From: Candidatus Saccharimonadota bacterium
GTDB taxonomy: Bacteria; Patescibacteriota; Saccharimonadia; CAILAD01; BJGX01
Reading direction: 5' to 3'
Length of the DNA stretch: 39,403 bases
NCBI GenBank assembly: GCA_009691435.1
Contig: SICO01000002.1
Location: 1 to 39,403 of the forward strand
Position 1 is the stretch's first letter. Every line of letters begins with the position of its first letter. Position numbers and translations under genes: made by a program. Under the pieces are notes generated by a model. It worked only from the letters and a program-made list of their open reading frames with translations. It made no database searches and was not told the origin of the DNA. This document shows positions 27,023 to 35,027 of this stretch, in pieces.

Positions 27023-27881
27023 TTAAATATTCAGAGCAAACCTTGTCGGCCTCTGAAAAATTTTCAACCCAGATGATATGCTTATTGCGCTTGAACCAAG
27101 TTAATTGTTTTTTTGCCAAATCAGAGGTGGCTTTATTGATATTTCGGCTAAGTTCTTGCTTACTGATCTTATTGTCAAGATAATTACCAACTTGCTGGTA
27201 CCCAATAGTTGCTAAAGCCTTACAATCTAGGCCATAGTTATTACGTATACTCTCAACCTCTTGTATAAATCTATTGTCCAACATTTGACTTGTCCTGATA
27301 GCAATATTTTGCTTTAACAAAGGGGGTTTTACTTTTAAGCCAATTATTTTACAGTCTATTTTTATAGACTCTCTATCGTCAACATTGGCTGGTCCTAACA
27401 ACAAAAGCTGGTCTATCCTACGAATATTTTTGGTGCCAATACGGAGCATGTCGCGGGGGTATAGTTTTTCTGCCATTTCAACCTTTTGCATGGTACTTAA
27501 ATTCGTAATATCCAGATTAGACTGGGCTTTTCTGAACTGATAATCATATAAAATAGCATCAATATACATGCCACTACCCCCAACCAATATCGGTATATTG
27601 CCTCTCTTGCTTATTTCTGCCATAGTTTTTAGGCAAAGTGTTTTAAATTCTACAACGCTGAATGATATATTTGGGTCAACTATGTCGAGTAAGTGGTGGC
27701 GAACTTCACGTTGGCCCGAAATAGATGGCTTAGCTGTACCAATATCCATACCCTTATAAATAGTTCTAGAATCAACACAAATTATCTCGCCACGATACTT
27801 TTTGGCTAGAGCAATGGCTAGCGGTGTCTTCCCAGATGCAGTTGTACCTAGTATTACTATTGTCTTGGCAGTTTTTGGCAT
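27012..27881 (-). CDS. miaA: tRNA dimethylallyltransferase
   Basis: 289 aa with P-loop ILGTTASGKTPLAIALA, then VDSRTIYKGMDIGTAKPS. Confidence 0.9.
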   Translation of the reverse strand: MPKTAKTIVILGTTASGKTPLAIALAKKYRGEIICVDSRTIYKGMDIGTAKPSISGQREVRHHLLDIVDPNISFSVVEFKTLCLKTMAEISKRGNIPILVGGSGMYIDAILYDYQFRKAQSNLDITNLSTMQKVEMAEKLYPRDMLRIGTKNIRRIDQLLLLGPANVDDRESIKIDCKIIGLKVKPPLLKQNIAIRTSQMLDNRFIQEVESIRNNYGLDCKALATIGYQQVGNYLDNKISKQELSRNINKATSDLAKKQLTWFKRNKHIIWVENFSEADKVCSEYLNVI

Positions 27882-27908
27882 AGTATTTTATATTACAATT
27901 AAATCTAG

Positions 27909-29717
27909 CTAGTTCTGGCGGTTGGTAATATCTGCTAACAGCATTTTGATCGTATCCTGCAATGCTTGTGGCCCTTGGTCCCCAACGGAATGCTTACGAA
28001 CCGCAACTGAACCTGCCTCCTGCTCCTTTTGGCCAACTATCAGTAAGTACGGGACCTTTAGCTTCTCAGCACCCAGGATTCTCTTACCTAGTGATTCCGA
28101 AGTGTTATCTAGTGAAGCTCGAACTCCGTTTTTTAGTAAATTATCTAGCACTTCTTGCCCATAAGCATCAAATTTCTCCGAAATTGGTATCACTCTTACC
28201 TGCTCCGGTGCCAGCCACAACGGAAAGGCTCCGGCAGTGTGCTCGATATAAACACTCAGGAACCGCTCTATCGAACCGAGTGATGCGAAATGCACCATCA
28301 TCGGCACCTGATCGCTGCCGTCGCTATCAGTATAGCTAAGGCCAAATCGTTCGGGCTGAACAAAGTCGAGCTGGGCAGTGGCCACTTGGTGGGTTCTACC
28401 GATTGAGTCCTTGGCCATAAAGTCTATTTTGGGGCCGTAAAAAGCCGCTTCACCTGTTTCTTCGTAGTATTCGAGAGCATGATTGCTAGAAACATTCCTC
28501 AGAATCATCTCGGCATCTTTCCACAAGTCCTTGTCGCCTAGATAGGTATCCGAGTCGTCGCGCAAGCTCAGACGAGCCGTGAAGTCCATATCGAAAGTGC
28601 GGTAAAACTCTTTGGTGATATCTAGTAGCATTCCCAAGACCTCCTCGACCTGCTGAGGCCTACAAAATACATGGCTATCGTCCTGCGTGACCGAGCGAAC
28701 TCTCGATAACCCCTGAAGCTCACCCTTCTTTTCGTCGCGATAGACAGTGGTTGTTTCGAGGTATTTTACAGGCAAATCACGGTAGCTCCTGGGCTTGCTG
28801 GCAAAAATCTGGGCGTGGTGCGGGCAATTCATGGGCTTTAGAGCAAACTCATCGCTCGATTCTTGGCTTTTGACCAAAAACAGTTCGTCACCGAACTTGT
28901 CCCAGTGTCCAGAAAACTTATAAAGGTCGGTTTTGGCAATGTGAGGTACCCAGACCTTCTCGAAACCAGCCCTCAACCGTAATGACTGCGAAAAGTCGTT
29001 GAGTAGATCCCTCAAGACCGTTCCTCTGGGTGTAAATAGTGGCAGCCCAGAGCCAACCAAGTCCGAGAACACAAACAGGTCGAGCTCGGCACCGAGTTTG
29101 CGGTGATCGCGTGCTTCGGCCTCTTGCATCATATTCAGATGCTGGCCGAGTTCTTTGGCCGACTCAAAGGCCAGCCCGTACAATCTCTGCATCTGGGGGT
29201 TGGTTTCCTTGCCTCGCCAGTAAACTCCGCTAAGTTTATTAAGCTTAAAGCTATTAGGTGATATTGCTGAGGTACTAGCAACATGGGGCCCACGGCACAA
29301 ATCAATAAAATCGCCTGTTTTGTAAATGCTAACTTCCGTTACGCTCGCCCTGGACCCTTCTATAAGATCGGTATCACCCGCATCTGAAACAGCTGTTGAT
29401 CCTTTTGTTTTAAGGTCTTTTAGCAATTCAACCTTAAACTGCTGTTTGTTAGATTCAAAATACTCAATTGCCTTATCAATCGGCCATGTTTCGTGCTCAA
29501 ATGGTAGATTCTTGGCGATGATTTCTTGCATACCAGCCTGAATTGAGCTCAAATCCTCTTCAGTAAAGTTTTTATCAACCAAAACATCATAGTAAAACCC
29601 ATTCTCGATAGCCGGACCTACCCCAAAGCTAGCTTCTGGCTTCAGCTGTTTAATAGCAATAGCCATAATATGTGCTAGGCTATGCCTGATTTTATGTAGA
29701 TTTTCTTGGTTTGCCAT
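27909..29717 (-). CDS. thrS: Threonine--tRNA ligase (no N-terminal TGS domain)
   Basis: 602 aa. It starts directly at the editing-domain RHSLAHIMA...GPAIENGFYYDV segment. CRGPHV, the class II motifs (KPMNCPHH, RVRSVTQDDSHVF, GEAAFYGPKIDF) and the C-terminal anticodon-binding domain are all present. Confidence 0.95.
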   Translation of the reverse strand: MANQENLHKIRHSLAHIMAIAIKQLKPEASFGVGPAIENGFYYDVLVDKNFTEEDLSSIQAGMQEIIAKNLPFEHETWPIDKAIEYFESNKQQFKVELLKDLKTKGSTAVSDAGDTDLIEGSRASVTEVSIYKTGDFIDLCRGPHVASTSAISPNSFKLNKLSGVYWRGKETNPQMQRLYGLAFESAKELGQHLNMMQEAEARDHRKLGAELDLFVFSDLVGSGLPLFTPRGTVLRDLLNDFSQSLRLRAGFEKVWVPHIAKTDLYKFSGHWDKFGDELFLVKSQESSDEFALKPMNCPHHAQIFASKPRSYRDLPVKYLETTTVYRDEKKGELQGLSRVRSVTQDDSHVFCRPQQVEEVLGMLLDITKEFYRTFDMDFTARLSLRDDSDTYLGDKDLWKDAEMILRNVSSNHALEYYEETGEAAFYGPKIDFMAKDSIGRTHQVATAQLDFVQPERFGLSYTDSDGSDQVPMMVHFASLGSIERFLSVYIEHTAGAFPLWLAPEQVRVIPISEKFDAYGQEVLDNLLKNGVRASLDNTSESLGKRILGAEKLKVPYLLIVGQKEQEAGSVAVRKHSVGDQGPQALQDTIKMLLADITNRQN

Positions 29718-29892
29718 TTTTACCTGCCTTTTTTAACAAAAACCCGCCTATCTCTGCCAAGTCCCAAACATTTTGGGAGGTTCCACTTGGCTTATCCGGG
29801 CGGATCGCTTTTTTGCCCTGTACGACCAGGCTTCGGAGCTCGCCATAAGCTGGTTAGGCTTTAGCTCAAACGCTCATAATTGATATTTTATC
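29718..29892 (-). promoter_or_regulatory. thrS leader with a T-box-like antiterminator core and a hairpin plus U-tract
   Basis: On the minus strand (29791..29756) helix A1 is GCCAAG/CUUGGC and the 7-nt bulge UGGAACC equals the T-box UGGNACC consensus. Helix A2 is UCCCAAA-AUG-UUUGGGA. This element is nested in an outer CCGCC/GGCGG stem (29803-29799 / 29748-29744), followed by UUUUUGUU. A small upstream hairpin AAGC-CUAACCA-GCUU displays the Thr codon ACC. Confidence 0.55.
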
Positions 29893-29921
29893 ATTTTAAT
29901 CCAAAAGCCTACTTTAATCAA
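29893..29921 (-). promoter_or_regulatory. Sigma70-like promoter for thrS
   Basis: Minus strand: TTGATT (29921-29916), 17-nt spacer, TAAAAT (29898-29893). Confidence 0.5.
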
Positions 29922-29979
29922 GGTACCTTTTTAATTTAACGCCCTAAAATACTAGTTTCGTTGTATTTTTGGCTACAAA

Positions 29980-30699
29980 CTAGTTTTTAATTACCGCGAA
30001 TGCGGCAAAGCGGGCTTCTTTTTCGCCAGTGGCAAGGCTGCGACGATGCGAAAAATAATTTTTATTTGTAAAAGTGTCGATAGCGCTAATTGTGATGTTG
30101 TTTTTGGCTATACCAAGCTCTAAAGCTTGCTCGACCAGCTTGTTTTTGGTGTCCATATGGTATTTCTTATCTGATCCATAGGCTAGATTGCCGGCCCAAA
30201 AGTCGGTGTCTATTTCTGTTGTATTATCAAACACATACGATTCTGGCGCTATTGCGGGGCCGGATTCGATGATAATATCGTTGGGGTTAGAGCCTTTTTG
30301 GACCATTTGCTTGACTGCTGAGCCCAAAATGTTGAGCTCGATGCCTTTTCGGCCGGCATGTACAAGTGCCAATATCTTGAGCCTGGTGTCATAGGCCACG
30401 ACCGGAATACAGTCAGCAACAACCATAAATAGCGTGAGGCCTGGTGTTGAAGTCATTAGGCCATCGGCTGTTATGGTGTCTTGTTGGTCTTGGTTTAGCA
30501 AGCTGCCGGCATCGTCATTGGTAACTTCGACCACTAAATTGCCGTGCACTAGCGATACTACTACGCCGCGAGTTGGGTCAATGCCCTGCATAGATAGGTA
30601 TTTCGATCTAGAAACTGATACTTCTGCCGGCAATCCTTTGATGTAGCTCAAATTGCCGTCTGAGGCCGAAGAAAAGCCAATTTTTAATCCTTTTATCAT
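29980..30699 (-). CDS. pgeF: YfiH/PgeF-family (DUF152, laccase-domain) peptidoglycan editing factor
   Basis: 239 aa: MVVADCIPVV and LVHAGRKG motifs with the conserved C-terminal SHRR. Confidence 0.8.
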   Translation of the reverse strand: MIKGLKIGFSSASDGNLSYIKGLPAEVSVSRSKYLSMQGIDPTRGVVVSLVHGNLVVEVTNDDAGSLLNQDQQDTITADGLMTSTPGLTLFMVVADCIPVVAYDTRLKILALVHAGRKGIELNILGSAVKQMVQKGSNPNDIIIESGPAIAPESYVFDNTTEIDTDFWAGNLAYGSDKKYHMDTKNKLVEQALELGIAKNNITISAIDTFTNKNYFSHRRSLATGEKEARFAAFAVIKN

Positions 30700-30703
30700 A
30701 ATA

Positions 30704-31576
30704 TTATCTTTTATTTTTACTCATGAAGTTATGAATAGCACTAGATAAATCTGGGTCCTCAAGCGCCACATCCAAGATGGCCTCCAAATATTTCTCCTTG
30801 TTGCCAGTGTCGTGCCAGTTGCCCTCTATCTTTATGCCATAAAGGTCATTTTTTGTGGCATATTCTTGAATTGCTGTCGTCAAATAAACCTCTCCTTTGC
30901 TATCTGGCCCTAGCCCGGCAAGAAGCTTAGTGACTTTGGGAGTTAGTATGTAACCACCGACAGCTGCGTAGTTGCTAGGCGATTCGCCCTTCGCGGGCTT
31001 TTCTGTGATACCTTTTAGTTTAAAGGTTGAGTCATCTAGCCTCATATCTACCTCGACCATACCGTATTTTGATGTGTCTTCATCTGGCACCTCGATTAGG
31101 CTTATGACTGGTGCCTGCAACCTCTCGTAGGCCTCCACCAGCTGCTGGGCCCGTGGCTTTTTACCCACCACAAAGTCGTCGGCCCACAACACAAGAAATG
31201 GTTCATCTTCGCCGATTAGGTGCGAAGCATTCAATATTGGAGTTCCGTTACCATAACAACCTTTTTGTCTGACATATATAAAATTAGCCATATCTCCGAT
31301 GCGGTGGATCTCTTTAGCCAAATCCTCCTTACCGGTCTCGATAAGCCGAGCCTCCAGCTCAGCATTGTAATCAAAATGGTCCTCAAGCGAACGCTTGTGC
31401 ATGCCTGTAACTATTATAATATCGGTAATTCCTGCAGAAACAGCCTCTTCGACCACATACTGAATAATCGGCTTATCTATTATAGGTAGCATTTCTTTGG
31501 GCATAGCCTTAGTTTGGGGCAAAAACCTCGTACCAAGACCTGCGGCTGGAATTATTGCCTTTGTAATCTTTTTCAT
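30704..31576 (-). CDS. galU: UTP--glucose-1-phosphate uridylyltransferase
   Basis: KAIIPAAGLGTRFLPQTKAMPKEMLPIIDKPIIQYVVEEA is canonical GalU. The start is set to M17 (31576) because the longer ORF-track start (31624) runs through tRNA-Val. Confidence 0.9.
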   Translation of the reverse strand: MKKITKAIIPAAGLGTRFLPQTKAMPKEMLPIIDKPIIQYVVEEAVSAGITDIIIVTGMHKRSLEDHFDYNAELEARLIETGKEDLAKEIHRIGDMANFIYVRQKGCYGNGTPILNASHLIGEDEPFLVLWADDFVVGKKPRAQQLVEAYERLQAPVISLIEVPDEDTSKYGMVEVDMRLDDSTFKLKGITEKPAKGESPSNYAAVGGYILTPKVTKLLAGLGPDSKGEVYLTTAIQEYATKNDLYGIKIEGNWHDTGNKEKYLEAILDVALEDPDLSSAIHNFMSKNKR

Positions 31577-31584
31577 ACTTTTAT

Positions 31585-31661
31585 TGGTGGGTCCTAGGGG
31601 ACTCGAACCTCTGACCTCTTCCACGTCAAGGAAGCGCTCTAGCCAACTGAGCTAAGGACCC
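31585..31661 (-). tRNA. tRNA-Val (anticodon GAC), CCA encoded
   Basis: Minus strand: GGGTCCT-TA-GCTC-AGTTGGCTA-GAGC-G-CTTCC-TTGACGT-GGAAG-AGGTC-AGAGG-TTCGAGT-CCCCT-AGGACCC-A-CCA. There is one A-C mismatch in the T-stem. Confidence 0.88.
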
Positions 31662-31740
31662 ACGATTGCCTGATTTTAACCTATTTCAGCCCTATTTTCA
31701 ATCTAGGACTAAGCGGAACTAGCAAAGACTTAAGCTATGG

Positions 31741-33054
31741 CTATAAATAATGCTGTTTATCTGTCGGGTTATGAGTTTCTCGTATTAAATCGCCAGCAAA
31801 ACCAACTCTATTCAGATTAATGCGCCCAGCAGAATAGCTACTAAGAGGTATAATCGTATCTTTGCCATACTTATTATTGATTTTATCTATGGCCGAGCTT
31901 AGCTGTAGCTCAGAAGTTTTCTCGAATAAGTTAAAAGTTAATTGATCTGAATCGACTATATTAAACAGAGTTATACTAATCTTAGTAACTTTTGAGGTAA
32001 TCTTCAGTTTTTTTAACAACATTTTCAATAATATAATGATTTCAGCGTCTGACCTAAAGAAAAGTACTCTTTTAAAAGAACACTCTTGCCAATTACCGTC
32101 TAAAAATCGGATATATAGCGCTATGCCGCTAGCTACTAGCCCCTTCTTTCTGAGCCTACTACCTAATGTAATGGCTATTTTACTTAAATATGTTGTAATT
32201 TCTACAGAGCTACTGGGTGGATTAGGCATGGTCGTAACCTGGTGCGAGATAGATTTGTTAGCTTTGAGCTTCACTATATCTACCTCAAAACCCCTTAGTC
32301 TTAAATACCACTTGCCTCCGTTAATGCCTAATTTATTATTAAGGTATTTCCAGCTAGCATTATAAAAATCAAGTGGGTTTTGGATACCTATAGCATGCAA
32401 GTTTTTAACCATACGCCAGTTAATACCTGTTAGGTCAATCAATGATAGCCCTTGGTAGAACTCGGCTATAGCAGCCTTGTCAATCATTACTAAGCCATCT
32501 GGTTTTTGGCTATTTGAAGCCATCTTAGCTAGCCATACATTGCTAGCAACACCTACGGAACATAGGATGTGTCCCCCGTAAAGATCCAGTAGACTCGATT
32601 TGATACCTGCTACTAAATTAATAACGCCAGGCCTTGTGCGTAAATAGGATGGAACCTTAAGATAAGCCTCGTCAATACTTTTGGCTCGGACATAACAAGG
32701 CGTAGCATGTAAAATATCCATAATTTGTCTATGAATACTTCGATAAGAGTTGGGGCTATCATGCACAATAGCAATATCCGGGCATATCAGGCGGGCCTCT
32801 GCTACTTTGATGCCTGTTTTAATACCTACACACTTCGCCTCAATAGAAGCCGCTATAATGCTACCTCCGGCACCAGGAGAGGTTGCTACCCCGACAGGTT
32901 TACCGCGGAGATTCGGATTGTAAAACTGCTCGATAGATGCAAAAAATGAATTCATATCAACATAAATGGTTGAGTACTCGATAGGTTGGGACTTAAGAAA
33001 ATTTTCTGGCAACATACAATAAGTATATGTGTTTTTAGATTTAAAGACAAACAC
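31741..33054 (-). CDS. dinB: Y-family DNA polymerase (DinB/ImpB-like)
   Basis: YVDMNSFFASIEQ (catalytic Asp motif), SIDEAYL and helix-hairpin-helix-like regions. The true start may be the second Met at 33015 (MLPENF...). Confidence 0.82.
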   Translation of the reverse strand: MFVFKSKNTYTYCMLPENFLKSQPIEYSTIYVDMNSFFASIEQFYNPNLRGKPVGVATSPGAGGSIIAASIEAKCVGIKTGIKVAEARLICPDIAIVHDSPNSYRSIHRQIMDILHATPCYVRAKSIDEAYLKVPSYLRTRPGVINLVAGIKSSLLDLYGGHILCSVGVASNVWLAKMASNSQKPDGLVMIDKAAIAEFYQGLSLIDLTGINWRMVKNLHAIGIQNPLDFYNASWKYLNNKLGINGGKWYLRLRGFEVDIVKLKANKSISHQVTTMPNPPSSSVEITTYLSKIAITLGSRLRKKGLVASGIALYIRFLDGNWQECSFKRVLFFRSDAEIIILLKMLLKKLKITSKVTKISITLFNIVDSDQLTFNLFEKTSELQLSSAIDKINNKYGKDTIIPLSSYSAGRINLNRVGFAGDLIRETHNPTDKQHYL

Positions 33055-33157
33055 TATGCGAACAATATTCTATAAATTTTCAATAAAAATGCAGGAATCC
33101 ACACCCCAAGATAGTTTTCCACTAGCATTTTTAATAGTAATATGACAATATATAGAC

Positions 33158-33604
33158 ATGATATGCCCTATTTGTGGCTCTAAAGGCCTAAATACAACCA
33201 ATTCTAGGACAACCAGATCAGGCACTCAAACCTGGAGACGTAAAGGCTGTAAGGTCTGCTACTGCTCTATTACTACCTATGAGAAGCCAGATATGGGATG
33301 GCTTAGTATTAAAAATACCCACGGCAGTAGCCTTAATGCCTATAAAAAAGGTGTTTTATATAAAAGTATCATTGCGGCGTTAGACGATAAGGAACTCACT
33401 AAAATTGATGTAGATAATTTAATTGATTCTATTGAACAAAAAATTATTTCAACTCACAAGACAATAATAGAAAAAAATGAACTAATAAAAATTGTGCTCA
33501 ATACAATAAAGCCCGTTAGCCTTTCGGCCTATATAAAGTACCTATCTAGCCACATGGCACTAGACAACAAAAGACAACTCAACAAACTACTAAAAGATAT
33601 TTAA
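33158..33604 (+). CDS. nrdR: NrdR-family transcriptional repressor (zinc ribbon + ATP-cone)
   Basis: 148 aa. MICPICGSK...SR...RRKGCKVC...TTYE is the NrdR zinc ribbon. It is followed by an ATP-cone-like segment (GSSLNAYKKGVLYKSIIAAL...SAYIKYLSS). Confidence 0.75.
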   Translation: MICPICGSKGLNTTNSRTTRSGTQTWRRKGCKVCYCSITTYEKPDMGWLSIKNTHGSSLNAYKKGVLYKSIIAALDDKELTKIDVDNLIDSIEQKIISTHKTIIEKNELIKIVLNTIKPVSLSAYIKYLSSHMALDNKRQLNKLLKDI

Positions 33605-33750
33605 ACCTGGAAATCTACTAAAAAGGTAGGGGGGTTTTATCTATATAGTCATTGTCTAGTTCCGGGCTAATCGCCCACCGTTTATATATTATGAATTAAA
33701 AAATGAATAAAAAATGTGCTTTAGGCTTACTGGCTAGCCCTACTACACTA

Positions 33751-33787
33751 AAAACTAAAGCCCTATGGCGTAAATGCACAGGGCTTA
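33751..33787 (-). terminator. Intrinsic terminator after rplY
   Basis: Minus strand: AAGCCCT-gtgcatttacgccat-AGGGCTT followed by TAGTTTTT. Confidence 0.6.
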
Positions 33788-33808
33788 TTAGCTTTCTAAA
33801 ATTGAGTA

Positions 33809-34564
33809 TTATTTAGATTGCGGGTGGTCTTTGGTGCCGCCTCCAGCTTCTGGCTGGGGCATCTCGCCTGGTTGAGTTTCATCTGTGCTACCTTCAGCTA
33901 CTTCTTCGCCTTCAGCACCTTCAGCTACTTCTTCGCCTTCAGCACCTTCAGCACCTTCAGGTATAGTATCGCCAATGGCCTCATCTAGAGCTGCAATTTC
34001 TTCTTCGCTTCTAGGTGGCTCTACTTTACATATTAACTGATCTGACTCTGTTAGTATCTCGACACCTTCCCCTACTTTAAGGCTAGAAACATGGATAGAC
34101 TTAGTAAAATCATCTAAGCCAGAGATATCTACCTCTATATGAGAAGGCAAATTAGCAGGCAGGGTCTCAACCTCGACTTCTTCAATATTCTTAAATAGTG
34201 AGCCTTCTTGCTGAAATACTGCGGGGGCTTCCCCGATAAAATGGATTGGCACTTCGGTGCGAATGGCTTTACTCATATTGATTCTCAATAAATCAGCGTG
34301 GGAAACCTCATTGGTGAGTGGATCCGTGTCGATATCATGAATTAAAACATTTTCACCGCCATGGTCATCTATCTTAAGCTCTACAATGGTGCTATAACCA
34401 GCAGCAGCAAAAACTTTATTGAACTCCTTCTCATCTACAGCGATGGAGATATTGTCTTTTTTATTACCATAAACAACGGCCGGTAACTGACCCTCGCTTC
34501 TGATGGTAGTGAGTTTTTTACCAAAAACATCACGGGATTTTGCTGATATATGAATTGTTTCCAT
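33809..34564 (-). CDS. rplY: 50S ribosomal protein L25 / general stress protein Ctc, with an acidic repetitive C-terminal tail
   Basis: 251 aa. The N-terminus (R..GK...R..G.LPAVVYG pattern, here SRDVFGKKLTTIRSEGQLPAVVYGN) and the two-domain Ctc form are present. The tail is EGAEGAEGEEVAEGAEGEEVAEG. Confidence 0.9.
   Translation of the reverse strand: METIHISAKSRDVFGKKLTTIRSEGQLPAVVYGNKKDNISIAVDEKEFNKVFAAAGYSTIVELKIDDHGGENVLIHDIDTDPLTNEVSHADLLRINMSKAIRTEVPIHFIGEAPAVFQQEGSLFKNIEEVEVETLPANLPSHIEVDISGLDDFTKSIHVSSLKVGEGVEILTESDQLICKVEPPRSEEEIAALDEAIGDTIPEGAEGAEGEEVAEGAEGEEVAEGSTDETQPGEMPQPEAGGGTKDHPQSK
33892..33960. repeat. 27-nt in-frame tandem repeat (about 2.3 copies) inside the rplY 3' end
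   Basis: CTTCAGCTACTTCTTCGCCTTCAGCAC occurs at 33892-33918 and 33919-33945, then a partial copy follows. It encodes AEGAEGEEV units on the minus strand. Confidence 0.9.
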
Positions 34565-34595
34565 TAATTTCCTTGCTATAAAAGATACTTTTAGG

Positions 34596-34949
34596 TTACT
34601 TAGATTTTTTAAACTTCGTGGCTTGAGTGAGTCGCAGATGAAAAGAAGCTATCTCTTGTGAACTAATTGGGCCTCTCTCTATAAACTTAGCTCTTTCTCG
34701 GTAGCCAAGATCTGCTTTGCGACCAAGCTTAGAGCTATTCTGACGGCTAGCTCGCTCCAACTCTGACTGCAAAAATACAGTAGCCAACACAGGCAATGAG
34801 CAATCATGACAAGTGAGCTGCATAAAACAATGCTCCTCAACTTTTCCTAAAAAAGCTATATCGTCATGAATATAACTAGAGCCACAAGATGGGCACTTGT
34901 AAAAAACTTGTAAATTCTTGATCAAATCCTGAAGGTTTTTACTTTTCAC
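34596..34949 (-). CDS. Hypothetical zinc-ribbon protein
   Basis: 117 aa with CPSCGS...CHDCS (CxxC...CxxC) and a basic C-terminal half. Confidence 0.5.
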   Translation of the reverse strand: MKSKNLQDLIKNLQVFYKCPSCGSSYIHDDIAFLGKVEEHCFMQLTCHDCSLPVLATVFLQSELERASRQNSSKLGRKADLGYRERAKFIERGPISSQEIASFHLRLTQATKFKKSK

Positions 34950-35027
34950 GTTTTAATGTATTCCCTCTTGGTAGCAATCATACCATATCTGGAATAGTCG
35001 GTCAATTAACTTTATTATTATTTTTAT

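Noticed and set aside
31577-31624. Longer N-terminus of galU (MEEVRGSSPLGPTNKS)
   Set aside because: These codons are the 3' half of tRNA-Val read as protein. The conserved GalU N-terminus starts at the Met at 31576.
33059-33070. Possible LexA/Cheo SOS box (CGAACAATATTC) upstream of the Y-family polymerase
   Set aside because: Only the left half-site (GAAC) fits. With the required 4-nt spacer the right half reads TTCT instead of GTTC, and the better ATTC half has the wrong spacing.
33892-33960. Tandem 27-nt repeats considered as a possible CRISPR or minisatellite
   Set aside because: The copies are directly adjacent with no spacers, in frame, and inside rplY. This is a coding low-complexity expansion, not a CRISPR array.
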